From the NCBI GenBank assembly GCA_964463375.1, contig CAYXBQ010000009.1, forward strand, positions 11,887-75,886: a stretch of DNA of 64,000 bases. The letters run 5' to 3'. Origin of the DNA: an uncultured Ruminococcus sp. Its GTDB lineage: Bacteria > Bacillota > Clostridia > Oscillospirales > CAG-272. The translations under genes were made by a program, and so were the position numbers. This document shows, in pieces, positions 36,914 through 46,499 of this stretch (its first letter is position 1; every line of letters starts with the position of its first letter). The notes under the pieces are model-generated. The model made no database searches. It saw only the letters and a list, made by a program, of their open reading frames with translations, and had not been told where the DNA came from.

Positions 36914-37546
36914 ATGACGGAAGAAAAAGAAACCAAGATCCCGGAAACGGAAGAAGCAGAGAAACAGACGACGGATACGGCCGCAGAACCCGAAGCGCAG
37001 AACGCAGAGGCACCTGCTGAAGAAACTTCTGCCGAAAAGGGCAAGAAGGAAAAAGAAAAAAAGGCAGATGCCAAGAAGCTGAAGGCGGAGCTGGAAGAAA
37101 CGAAGAAGGCTCTGGAAGCCGAAAAGCAGAAGAGTGCTGAGGCCACCGACAAATACATGCGTCTGGCTGCGGAATACGACAACTTCCGCAAGAGAGCCCA
37201 GAAGGAAAAGGATGGCGTGTACGGCGAAGCGGTTGCAGATACCCTAAAGGGACTGCTGCCCATCATCGACAATTTGCAGTATGCCTCCAAGTATGGGGAT
37301 GCAGATGCAGAAAAGTTCGCCGAGGGCGTGAAGCTGATCCTTGATAAGCTGCCGGAGACGCTGGAAAAGCTGCACATCAAGCCGGTGGGTGCGGCAGGAG
37401 AGACCTTTGATCCCACCTACCACAACGCCGTGATGCATGAGGAAAACGAAGACTACGGCGAAAACGAGATCATGGAAGTGCTGCAAAGCGGCTACCTCTA
37501 CGAAGACCGCGTGATCCGGTACGCCATGGTCAAGGTGGCGAACTGA
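36914..37546 (+). CDS. grpE: Nucleotide exchange factor GrpE
   Basis: Acidic/basic coiled N-terminus, then YMRLAAEYDNFRKR...LLPIIDNL...FDP..H.AV. Confidence 0.95.
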   Translation: MTEEKETKIPETEEAEKQTTDTAAEPEAQNAEAPAEETSAEKGKKEKEKKADAKKLKAELEETKKALEAEKQKSAEATDKYMRLAAEYDNFRKRAQKEKDGVYGEAVADTLKGLLPIIDNLQYASKYGDADAEKFAEGVKLILDKLPETLEKLHIKPVGAAGETFDPTYHNAVMHEENEDYGENEIMEVLQSGYLYEDRVIRYAMVKVAN

Positions 37547-37671
37547 TCGCTGACGTGGCGAAAGTGCTTTGACCATCGGTCAAGTAAACGACATAGTCGT
37601 TGGCACACAAACGGATATACAAAAATATCACATACATTTTATACTGAAACAATTTTGGAGGAACAAGCATT

Positions 37672-39516
37672 ATGGGAAAGATCATTGGTATAGATTTAGG
37701 TACGACAAACTCTTGCGTGGCCGTATTTGAAGGCGGCGAACCCACCGTTATTCCGAACCCCGAAGGAGCCAGAACCACACCTTCTGTGGTCGCCTTCTCC
37801 AAGACCGGTGAAAGAATGGTAGGTCAGGTTGCCAAGAGACAGGCCATCACCAACCCCGACCGGACCATCATGTCCATCAAGCGGGAAATGGGTCACAACT
37901 ACAACGTGTCCATCGACGACAAGAAGTACACACCCCAGGAGATCTCCGCTATGATCCTGCAGAAGCTGAAGGCAGACGCAGAGGCATACCTGGGCACCAC
38001 CGTGACCGAAGCCGTTATCACCGTGCCTGCCTACTTCTCCGACGCACAGAGACAGGCCACCAAGGATGCCGGTAAGATCGCCGGTCTGGATGTAAAGCGT
38101 ATCATCAACGAACCTACCGCCGCAGCGCTTGCCTACGGTATGGATAAGGAAAACGAACAGCGCATCATGATCTACGACCTGGGCGGCGGTACCTTCGACG
38201 TATCTCTGCTGGAGATCTCCGACGGCGTGTTTGAAGTGCTGGCTACTGCCGGGAACAACAAGCTGGGCGGTGACGACTTCGACGCACGGATCATGGACTG
38301 GATCGCAGAATCCTTTGCCAAGGAAAACGGCGGCATCGACCTGCGTAAGGACAAGATGGCACTGCAGAGACTGAAGGACGCTGCGGAAAAGGCAAAGATC
38401 GAGCTGTCCGGCATGACCACCACCGAGATCAACCTGCCCTTCATCACCGCAGACGCTACCGGCCCCAAGCACTTCAACGCTACCCTGACCAGAGCTATGT
38501 TCAACGACATGACCGCAGATCTGGTAAAGGCCACCATCGAACCCATCAACCAGGTGCTGCGTGACGCCGGTATCAGCGCTTCTCAGGTAGACAAGGTGCT
38601 GCTGGTCGGTGGTTCCACCAGAATCCCCGCCGTACAGGACGCTATCAAGTCCTTCACCGGTAAGGAACCCTTCAAGGGCATCAACCCCGACGAATGCGTT
38701 GCCATCGGTGCGGCTATCCAGGGCGGCGTTCTGGGCGGCGACGTAAAGGACCTGCTGCTGCTGGACGTAACGCCTCTGTCTCTGGGTATCGAGACTCTGG
38801 GCGGCGTGTTCAACCGGATCATCGACCGGAACACCACCATCCCCGTAAAGAAGAGCCAGGTGTACTCCACCGCTGCTGACGGCCAGACCTCTGTAGAGAT
38901 CCACGTGTTGCAGGGCGAAAGAGACATGGCTGCCGGCAACACCACGCTGGGCAGATTCATCCTGGACGGCATCACACCCGCTCCTCGTGGCGTACCGCAG
39001 ATCGAAGTTACCTTTGACATCGACGCCAATGGTATCGTAAATGTATCCGCTACCGATAAGGGTACCGGCAAGGAACAGCACATCACCATCACCTCTTCCA
39101 CCAATATGTCTAAGGAAGACATTGACAAGGCCGTTCACGAAGCCGAAAAGTTTGCTGAAGCAGACAAGAAGCAGAAGGAAGTTATCGAGCTGAAGAACAG
39201 AGCCGAATCCACCATCTACCAGAGCGAAAAGAGCCTGAACGAGCTGGGCGACAAGGCCACCGACGACGAAAAGAACACCGTTCGTGCCGCCATCGACAAG
39301 CTGAAGGAAACCGTAAAGGGCGACGATATGGATGCCATCAAGGCCGACACCGAAGCACTGGAAAAGGCATTCTATCCCATCGCTGAAAAGATGTATGCAC
39401 AGCAGCAGGGTGCCGGTAACCCCGGTGCACAGGGCTTTGATCCCAACGCTGGTGCGCAGCAGGGCAACGACGGCACCTACTACAGCGCCGATTTCGAAGA
39501 CAAGAGCGACAAGTAA
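37672..39516 (+). CDS. dnaK: Molecular chaperone DnaK (Hsp70)
   Basis: [36 protein letters not shown], and more; the full-length Hsp70 pattern is visible. Confidence 0.98.
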   Translation: MGKIIGIDLGTTNSCVAVFEGGEPTVIPNPEGARTTPSVVAFSKTGERMVGQVAKRQAITNPDRTIMSIKREMGHNYNVSIDDKKYTPQEISAMILQKLKADAEAYLGTTVTEAVITVPAYFSDAQRQATKDAGKIAGLDVKRIINEPTAAALAYGMDKENEQRIMIYDLGGGTFDVSLLEISDGVFEVLATAGNNKLGGDDFDARIMDWIAESFAKENGGIDLRKDKMALQRLKDAAEKAKIELSGMTTTEINLPFITADATGPKHFNATLTRAMFNDMTADLVKATIEPINQVLRDAGISASQVDKVLLVGGSTRIPAVQDAIKSFTGKEPFKGINPDECVAIGAAIQGGVLGGDVKDLLLLDVTPLSLGIETLGGVFNRIIDRNTTIPVKKSQVYSTAADGQTSVEIHVLQGERDMAAGNTTLGRFILDGITPAPRGVPQIEVTFDIDANGIVNVSATDKGTGKEQHITITSSTNMSKEDIDKAVHEAEKFAEADKKQKEVIELKNRAESTIYQSEKSLNELGDKATDDEKNTVRAAIDKLKETVKGDDMDAIKADTEALEKAFYPIAEKMYAQQQGAGNPGAQGFDPNAGAQQGNDGTYYSADFEDKSDK

Positions 39517-39607
39517 AATGATATAGCACGGGAACATCAGGGCGGGGAAGGATTCTTTCACTCCGCCCATGTTTCTGTAATTGCGTGTGGAACGAGGCAT
39601 AGAAGCG

Positions 39608-40741
39608 ATGGCAGAGAAACGAGATTATTATGAAGTCCTGGGCGTGGACAAATCGGCAGATGATTCGACCATCAAAAAGGCGTATCGTCAGCTTGCGAAA
39701 AAATACCACCCGGACATGAACCCCGGAGACGCAGACGCAGAGGCCCACTTCAAGGAAGTGAACGAGGCCTATGACGTGCTGTCCGATCCGGATAAAAAAG
39801 CAAAATACGACCAATACGGTCACGCAGCCTTTGATCCGGCTTCCGGCGGCGGTGCAGGCTTTGGCGGCTTCGGCGATTTTGGATTCGATATCAACGATAT
39901 TTTTTCCAGCTTCTTCGGTGGCGGCGGTGGTTCTGCCAGACGGAACGGGCCGGTGCGCGGCAACAACATTACGGTGCGCCTGACCCTGACCTTTGAAGAA
40001 GCGGTGTTCGGCTGTAAGAAGGAGATCACTTACCAGAAGGTGCAGAAGTGCGCAGACTGCGGCGGCTCCGGTGCGGCTAAGGGAACCTCTCCCAAGACCT
40101 GTGACCATTGCCGTGGTACCGGGTATGTGACCGTGGAGCAGCGTACCATGATGGGGCTCATGCAGACCCGGAAGCAGTGCGACCATTGCGGCGGTACCGG
40201 TAAGATCGTGGAGACCCCGTGCAGTGGCTGTAAGGGCACAGGCTTTATCAGAGTCAATAAGAAGCTGGAAGTAAACATTCCCGCCGGTATCGACGATGAG
40301 CAGCAGATCGGGCTCCGTGGACAGGGCAGTGACGGCATGAACGGCGGTGGACCGGGTGACCTGAACATCGTGATCTCCGTTCGTCCCCACTCTGTATTCG
40401 AACGGGACGGCTACGATCTGTACTTAGAAGAACCCATCACCTACGCAGAAGCGACCCTGGGTGCCGAGATCGAGATCCCCACGCTGGAAGGCACACAGAA
40501 GTTAGAGATCCCCGAAGGCACCCAGACCGGCACCGTCTTCACCCTGCGGGATAAGGGCGTGCAGCGGGTCAACAGCCGTGGCAGAGGCAACCTGTATGTG
40601 ACAGTTGTTGTAGAAGTACCCAAGGGACTGAACCGGGAACAGAAGGAACTGCTGGAAAAGTTTGCCGAATCCTGCGGAGAAGGAAACTACTCCAAGCGGA
40701 CCAACTTCTTCAAGAAATTCTTCAAGAAGGACAAAGAGTGA
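39608..40741 (+). CDS. dnaJ: Molecular chaperone DnaJ (type I)
   Basis: J domain (DYYEVLGV...YHPD), a G/F region, and four CxxCxGxG zinc motifs (CADCGGSG, CDHCRGTG, CDHCGGTG, CSGCKGTG). Confidence 0.95.
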   Translation: MAEKRDYYEVLGVDKSADDSTIKKAYRQLAKKYHPDMNPGDADAEAHFKEVNEAYDVLSDPDKKAKYDQYGHAAFDPASGGGAGFGGFGDFGFDINDIFSSFFGGGGGSARRNGPVRGNNITVRLTLTFEEAVFGCKKEITYQKVQKCADCGGSGAAKGTSPKTCDHCRGTGYVTVEQRTMMGLMQTRKQCDHCGGTGKIVETPCSGCKGTGFIRVNKKLEVNIPAGIDDEQQIGLRGQGSDGMNGGGPGDLNIVISVRPHSVFERDGYDLYLEEPITYAEATLGAEIEIPTLEGTQKLEIPEGTQTGTVFTLRDKGVQRVNSRGRGNLYVTVVVEVPKGLNREQKELLEKFAESCGEGNYSKRTNFFKKFFKKDKE

Positions 40742-40772
40742 TCCCCCATAACAAGATCGAGAGGATAGAAAA

Positions 40773-41708
40773 ATGACTGATAACCAGAACTGGATCCAGA
40801 TCAAGGTGACCTGCAAGGTGGAAGATCTGGATACCGTGACCAGCGTCATGAGCATGGTAGACAACGGGCTGATGATCGAAGACTACTCCGATGTGGATAA
40901 AGAATTGGACGGCGTGTACGGGGATCTGATCGACGAGACCATCCTGGAAGCCGACCGCACCACGGCTGCTGTGTCCGTGTTCATCCCGGAAATCAAGTCT
41001 CCCGCCGAAAGTCTCCACTTCATCAAAGGCCGTTTGCAGGAATTGCAGATCGAAGCAGAAGTGACCCAGACCGGCGTGAAGGAAGAGGACTGGGCCGACT
41101 CCTGGAAGCAGTATTACAAGCCCATCCACACCGGTGACAAGCTGGTCATCGTGCCTGTGTGGGAGACCTACGAACCCGAACCCCACGAGATCACCGTGCT
41201 GATGGATCCCGGCATGGCCTTTGGCACCGGTACCCACGAGACCACCAGATTGTGCGCCGCCCTGCTGGAGCAGTACACCAAGCCCGGTTGTACCATGCTG
41301 GACGTAGGCTGCGGCTCCGGGATTTTGGCGATCTGTGCGGCTAAGCTGGGTGCGGCCCAGTGCTTTGCCTGCGACATCGATCCCCAAGCGGTGAAGGTGG
41401 CTGTGGAGAACACCCAGCTGAACCATACGCCCAATGTGAAGTGCGCCGTGTCTGACCTGCTGAAGCAGACGGAAAAGGTGGAGGGCGGCTACCAGGTGGC
41501 TTGTGCCAACATCGTGGCAGACGTGATCATTCGCTTAGCACCGGACATCGGCGATTACATTGCACCGGATGGCGTGCTGATCGTGTCCGGTATCATCTTA
41601 GAGCGGGCAGAGGAAACGGTGGCGGCTCTGCACAATGCCGGGTTCACGGTGATCGATGATCGGCGGGAGAACGGCTGGTACGCTGCTGCGGTGACCAAAC
41701 AGCACTGA
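40773..41708 (+). CDS. prmA: Ribosomal protein L11 methyltransferase
   Basis: WKQYYKP, DPGMAFGTGTHETT, and the SAM motif LDVGCGSGILA. It sits after dnaJ, as in Bacillus. Confidence 0.9.
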   Translation: MTDNQNWIQIKVTCKVEDLDTVTSVMSMVDNGLMIEDYSDVDKELDGVYGDLIDETILEADRTTAAVSVFIPEIKSPAESLHFIKGRLQELQIEAEVTQTGVKEEDWADSWKQYYKPIHTGDKLVIVPVWETYEPEPHEITVLMDPGMAFGTGTHETTRLCAALLEQYTKPGCTMLDVGCGSGILAICAAKLGAAQCFACDIDPQAVKVAVENTQLNHTPNVKCAVSDLLKQTEKVEGGYQVACANIVADVIIRLAPDIGDYIAPDGVLIVSGIILERAEETVAALHNAGFTVIDDRRENGWYAAAVTKQH

Positions 41709-41873
41709 AAGACCCGCAAAACCGATGCTGAAATTGTAACGAAAATGTAAATTATATCAGGATTTCGAAAAATCGAGAAAAAAACCGGAGATAGCATTTG
41801 ACAAAATCAATTTTTTAGTGTATAATATCATGGTATCCTGACAGTGGAGTGTGCTTTTTGGCGGGAGATAGTT

Positions 41874-42617
41874 ATGCCCAGATTTTTTATTGACCCTGCG
41901 GCTGTCTTTTGGGACGGCGACAAACAGTATGTCCGTATCACCGGAGACGATGCCCATCATATCACCCACGTGCTGCGTACCCGTATGGGCGAGCATTTGG
42001 TAGCCTGTGCCAGCGATGGCGTCGTCTATGAAGGCGAAATGACTGCCGCCGGTGCGGAGGTGCTTTTGCGGGTGACGCAGACCGGTACCGTGGACACCGA
42101 ACCGCCCTATCGTGCTGCGGTCTATCAGGCCCTTGTGAAGGGGGACAAGATGGAAACGGTGATCCAGAAGGCGGTGGAGCTGGGTGCGGCTGTGATCGTA
42201 CCGGTGGCTACCAGTCGTGCGGTGGTCAAGCTGGATGAAAAAGATGCCAAAAAGAAAGTGGAACGCTGGCAGAAGATCGCCCAGGAGGCAGCCAAGCAGT
42301 GCGGTCGTGGGATCATCCCGACCGTGGCAATGCCCATGTCCTTCCGGGAGGCTGTAAAACAGGCGGCAGCAGATGCACTTCCCCTGTTCTGCTACGAGGG
42401 AGAAGGCACTGTGCCTCTGCCCACGCTGTATCGCCAACGGGAAGACCCCACTACGGTGTCCCTGTTCGTGGGGCCGGAGGGCGGCTTTTCTGACGAGGAA
42501 GCGGCGTTTGCCAGGGCATGCGGCATGCAGATGTGCGGACTGGGCAGGCGGATCCTGCGTACGGAAACGGCGGCGCTGTTTGTGTTGTCCTGCTTATCGG
42601 CGGCGTATGAACTGTGA
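41874..42617 (+). CDS. rsmE: 16S rRNA (uracil1498-N3)-methyltransferase
   Basis: MPRFFI..., the PUA-like N-terminus, KGDKMETVIQKAVELG, and GPEGGFS.EE...LG.RILRTETA. Its own promoter TTGACA-17-TATAAT lies at about 41797-41825. Confidence 0.9.
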   Translation: MPRFFIDPAAVFWDGDKQYVRITGDDAHHITHVLRTRMGEHLVACASDGVVYEGEMTAAGAEVLLRVTQTGTVDTEPPYRAAVYQALVKGDKMETVIQKAVELGAAVIVPVATSRAVVKLDEKDAKKKVERWQKIAQEAAKQCGRGIIPTVAMPMSFREAVKQAAADALPLFCYEGEGTVPLPTLYRQREDPTTVSLFVGPEGGFSDEEAAFARACGMQMCGLGRRILRTETAALFVLSCLSAAYEL

Positions 42618-42703
42618 TAGATCTTATCTAAAAAATATCAATTGAAATTGTTCTCACGGGAAAGGAGCAGACCCATCACCCCTATCGATGTGGTCACAAG
42701 ATA

Positions 42704-43147
42704 ATGGATATGGCAAAGCATAATTCGATCCTGCAAACGAACCGGGATAACGGTACGAAGCTGTCACGAGAGGAAGCGGTACAGGTGGTATCGCTGCGCA
42801 TTTTGATCATTTTGGTGGCAGACATCATCATCGGCAGCCTGCTGGACTTTGTCCGGGGCGATTCTAACCGGGAGTATACGTTTGTATTCGATGTTTGTCC
42901 CTGGCTGACTTGGGTATTCGGTGTACTGTTTGCAGCCGCAGCCGGGTATTTTGTGTGGTCTCTGGTGAAAAAGGTGGATACCCGCAAGCACCCTATGACC
43001 CCTGCCATGGTCTTCGCTCTGTGTTTGTACCTGTTCGCCATCGTGTTGTTGTATCGGTATCTGACCATGGTCATGATCCTGTCCGTGATGGTGATCGCCA
43101 GCGTGCTGTTTGCCGTGTACTACATCTACACGAACCTGTTGTATTGA
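42704..43147 (+). CDS. Hypothetical integral membrane protein with about four TM helices
   Basis: Four hydrophobic segments. I recognised no family. Confidence 0.55.
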   Translation: MDMAKHNSILQTNRDNGTKLSREEAVQVVSLRILIILVADIIIGSLLDFVRGDSNREYTFVFDVCPWLTWVFGVLFAAAAGYFVWSLVKKVDTRKHPMTPAMVFALCLYLFAIVLLYRYLTMVMILSVMVIASVLFAVYYIYTNLLY

Positions 43148-43169
43148 TCTCGAAAATCGCATTTTCTAA

Positions 43170-43207
43170 ACACCCTTTGGTATATCCTGCCAAGGGGTGT
43201 TTTTTTG
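43170..43207 (+). terminator. Rho-independent terminator
   Basis: ACACCCTTTGG (43170-43180) pairs with CCAAGGGGTGT (43190-43200). A T7 run follows. Confidence 0.7.
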
Positions 43208-43373
43208 TCGTTTACAAATCACCTTTAAAAATAGGCAATATAACCAAAAAAAGAACAAAAGTCTGTGTGGATTGTGCCAATTGACGAAATGGGGAAAAGG
43301 TGATATACTATAGATATTATCGAAGGTCGAGTTCCGCATAGGACGAAATTTGTAAAATGTATAGGAGAGCACC

Positions 43374-44903
43374 ATGAAACACTACAACCGTATATTCATG
43401 TGTCTACTGGCGGCACTACTGGTGGCACCGACCCTTATGGCATGTTCCGATAACAGCAGCACCAACGAGACTACCGCCCAGAGCAATGTGAGCGATACCA
43501 AGACAGAGAAAGTCACGGAAACCACAGATCCCTTTGCCGATTTTGACTACGAAGGTCGGGATTTCCGCATTTGGACCAGTATCAACATTGCCGCAAAGTC
43601 TTTGGGCAATTCCAACTACATGATCGAAGGGCCGGAGGAGCTCACCGGGGATGCCGCCCCTGATGCTGCCTACGAACGGAACAACAAGGTGGCAGAACTG
43701 CTGGATGTCAACTTCCAGTATGCGCAGCTGGATAAATCCTATGATCTCGTCAAAGCGGAGATCCAGAAGTACGTGATGGCTGGCGAAAACGCATATGAGC
43801 TGATCATCAACGATATGTACGGTACGGCTTCGCTGACGCTGGAGGGCATGTTCTACAACGTCCTGGAAGGGGAGCATTTTGATTTCTCCCAGCCCTGGTG
43901 GTACAGCGATTTCATGGAAGACGTATCCATCAACTCCAACTACCAATATATGCTGGGTGGCGACTATTTTATCGACATCCTGCGCTGCTCCCACTGCCTG
44001 TTCTACAATAAGAATATGTATGGCGACCTGTACGGCGATGAAGACGGGCTGTATGACATCGTGCTGTCCGGCGACTGGACACTGGACAAAATGAACGATA
44101 TGCTCGAAGAAGCGTACATCGATCTGAACGGCGACGGCAAGGCAGACATCGATGACCAGTTCGGCTATGTTTCCTTCGAGATCTGGGGTTCGATGATCCC
44201 GTTCCTGATCAGCGCAGACCCCGGATACATTGACCGGGACGAAAAGGGATACCCGTACATCACCATGAACAACGACAATTCCATCCAGCTAATGGACGAG
44301 TTGTACGACCTGTACTGGGAAGGCAATGGCGCATGGGTGGCCAATGGGATAACGGAAGAACTGGCTGTGACCACCTTCACATCCGGTCGTGCCCTGTTCG
44401 TTGGTTACCAGAGACTGGGTTCCCTGGAAAATGCCGTGGTGCGAGAAATGGAAGAAGGTCTGGGCGTTGTGCCGTACCCGAAGCTGAATGACCTACAGGA
44501 GAACTACGTCACCTCCACCCATGACACCTGCGAGATCGGCCTGATCCCAGTCACGGTAGCACCGGATGATCTGGACTTTATCAGTGCCGTCGTAGAAGTG
44601 CTGTGCCGGGAGACTTACAAATCCGTGCTGCCGGTGTACTATGAATCCTCGCTGAAGATGAAGTATACCCGTGACGACACCTCTGCCCAGATGATCGATA
44701 TCATCCACGACAACATTGGCAACACCTTCCCGCTGGCATACAATCCGTCCGTCAATTCGATCTTCCTGAGCGGTACGTTTAATGAAGACAATATCGGTGT
44801 CGGGAAGAAGGACTTTGCTTCTGCCTATGCCAAGAGAGAAGGAGCAGCACTGAAAGCACTGGACAAGATCATCGAAGATTTTGAAGCAAAACAAGTCAAT
44901 TAA
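43374..44903 (+). CDS. ABC transporter extracellular solute-binding lipoprotein (large family-1, LplA-like); paralogue of 12555-14024
   Basis: Lipobox TLMAC. It shares segments with the first solute-binding protein (WW.., WTLDKM, DLNGDGKADIDD). The promoter TTGACG-17-TATACT lies at about 43282-43310. Confidence 0.85.
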   Translation: MKHYNRIFMCLLAALLVAPTLMACSDNSSTNETTAQSNVSDTKTEKVTETTDPFADFDYEGRDFRIWTSINIAAKSLGNSNYMIEGPEELTGDAAPDAAYERNNKVAELLDVNFQYAQLDKSYDLVKAEIQKYVMAGENAYELIINDMYGTASLTLEGMFYNVLEGEHFDFSQPWWYSDFMEDVSINSNYQYMLGGDYFIDILRCSHCLFYNKNMYGDLYGDEDGLYDIVLSGDWTLDKMNDMLEEAYIDLNGDGKADIDDQFGYVSFEIWGSMIPFLISADPGYIDRDEKGYPYITMNNDNSIQLMDELYDLYWEGNGAWVANGITEELAVTTFTSGRALFVGYQRLGSLENAVVREMEEGLGVVPYPKLNDLQENYVTSTHDTCEIGLIPVTVAPDDLDFISAVVEVLCRETYKSVLPVYYESSLKMKYTRDDTSAQMIDIIHDNIGNTFPLAYNPSVNSIFLSGTFNEDNIGVGKKDFASAYAKREGAALKALDKIIEDFEAKQVN

Positions 44904-44915
44904 AGAGGAATCCAT

Positions 44916-45743
44916 ATGTCCTATATCACTGCCATGCCTGCCGATACCAAGTCTCTGTTGGGGATCTGGTATCTGGGGCAGGAGTCCATCGTGCTGGATC
45001 AAGGCGGCTGCCGTATCGCCATCGATCCCTATCTTTCCGATTACGTAGACCAACAGTGCGCCACAGCTGCTGTTCGTTGGCAGCGCAACTATCCCGCCCC
45101 TGTGACACCGGCGGCACTGGCTGGGGATCTGCACTATGTGTTCTGCACCCACAGCCACAGTGACCACACGGATCCCTGGACCATCCCGGTGCTGGCGAAG
45201 GAGAACCCCGAATTGCGCTTTGTGGCGTCCCGTGCCTTTGCGGATACGCTGGTCAAGCTGGGCGTAGCAGAAGGGCAGGTGCTGCCGGTGGATGCGGGAA
45301 AGGTGTACAATATGCCCACGTTCTCCTTTGTGGGGATCCCGGCTGCCCATGAGGAGCTGCACAAGACCGAATTGGGCTACGCCGAGCTGAGTTTCCGGTT
45401 CACCTTCCATACCGGCGCGAGAGATACCGTGGTCTTCCATGGCGGCGACTGCTGTATGTACGAAGGTCTGGTGGAGGCCATTGGACAGGCGGATGTGCTG
45501 TGTCTGCCGGTGAATGGCCGCAGCTACTTCAAGCGTTGGGAGCACGACATCATCGGCAACCTGACCGCAGAGGAGGCGGTGGTGCTGGCAGAGAGAGTCG
45601 GTGGGGAGCTGCTGATCCCGCTACACTACGACCTGTACGACAACAACGGTCTGCCTGCCGCCGATTTTGTGAACGCCGTGTGGCATAGCAAGCTGCGGTA
45701 CCATATGTTCCGACCGGGAGAACGGCTGCTGTATACGAAATAA
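44916..45743 (+). CDS. MBL-fold metallo-hydrolase (UlaG-like beta-lactamase superfamily)
   Basis: The canonical HxHxDH motif (THSHSDHTDP). It starts 13 nt downstream of the solute-binding protein gene. Confidence 0.8.
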   Translation: MSYITAMPADTKSLLGIWYLGQESIVLDQGGCRIAIDPYLSDYVDQQCATAAVRWQRNYPAPVTPAALAGDLHYVFCTHSHSDHTDPWTIPVLAKENPELRFVASRAFADTLVKLGVAEGQVLPVDAGKVYNMPTFSFVGIPAAHEELHKTELGYAELSFRFTFHTGARDTVVFHGGDCCMYEGLVEAIGQADVLCLPVNGRSYFKRWEHDIIGNLTAEEAVVLAERVGGELLIPLHYDLYDNNGLPAADFVNAVWHSKLRYHMFRPGERLLYTK

Positions 45744-45744
45744 A

Positions 45745-45788
45745 CGAAAAAAGAGAGAGCGCAAGCCAATACGTTCTCTCTTTCTTTT
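45745..45788. terminator. Bidirectional terminator between convergent genes
   Basis: AAGAGAGAGCG (45751-45761) pairs with CGTTCTCTCTT (45772-45782). It is flanked by an A-run and a T-run. Confidence 0.6.
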
Positions 45789-45789
45789 G

Positions 45790-46221
45790 TTACTCCGCAG
45801 CCGGGAACAGGCTATCCAGATACCATAGATCCATGCCGCCACGCACCGCCAGCCAGCTATACCCATTCAGGTAAAACTCCTCTTCGCCGCAGATGTACAG
45901 CGTGGGCATGACCATGTCTTCCTTATAGAAGTCGATGGTGTACAGCACCGGATAGGTCTCGGTGAACCGGGCACTTTCTTCCTTTGTTTTGGTACCCCGG
46001 ATCCCGTCTACCTGTAGCATCATGTTGTTCAGATCGTCGATCTCCGTCAGGGTCACGGCACAGCCATCGGCGACACGAGTGACTTCGATCGCCGTGATCT
46101 CCGGCAGCTGGGTCTGTGGATCGATCAGCGCGGGCAGCTCGTCTGTCAAGGTGTACGCTCGACAACCGGTGAACAGCAGCGTGATCCCCAAAAGTAGTGC
46201 GATGGATAAGCGGCGCAGCAT
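45790..46221 (-). CDS. Hypothetical lipoprotein
   Basis: Signal peptide with the lipobox LLFTGC. I recognised no family. Confidence 0.6.
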   Translation of the reverse strand: MLRRLSIALLLGITLLFTGCRAYTLTDELPALIDPQTQLPEITAIEVTRVADGCAVTLTEIDDLNNMMLQVDGIRGTKTKEESARFTETYPVLYTIDFYKEDMVMPTLYICGEEEFYLNGYSWLAVRGGMDLWYLDSLFPAAE

Positions 46222-46499
46222 CGTGGATCCTCCTTTGCGCTTGTTGATTTGTTGTTTTTATTATACACCGGACAGGGGAGAAATGCAAGAGGTGCGTGGG
46301 AAAGTTTACATTTGGGGATGCCTGCACGTAGCTGAAGTATCGAAAAAATGCAACATTATTTTTGACAAACAGTACATGCTATACAGAGGTTCTTTGATTG
46401 TAGGACATTGTAAATTTTTTGTGTAAACCGCTCCAAAAGGAGACTTTTGTGGTATAATATATCTGTATGAGTTTTCCCACCAGTGAGGTACATGAAAAA

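Noticed and set aside
37696-39600. A 634-aa ORF on the minus strand covering all of dnaK
   Set aside because: It is exactly antisense to a near-certain Hsp70 gene. Its composition is low-complexity and Gly/Val/His-rich, and it has no SD or promoter. Long stop-free antisense frames are a known by-product of GC-rich codon usage, notably opposite hsp70.
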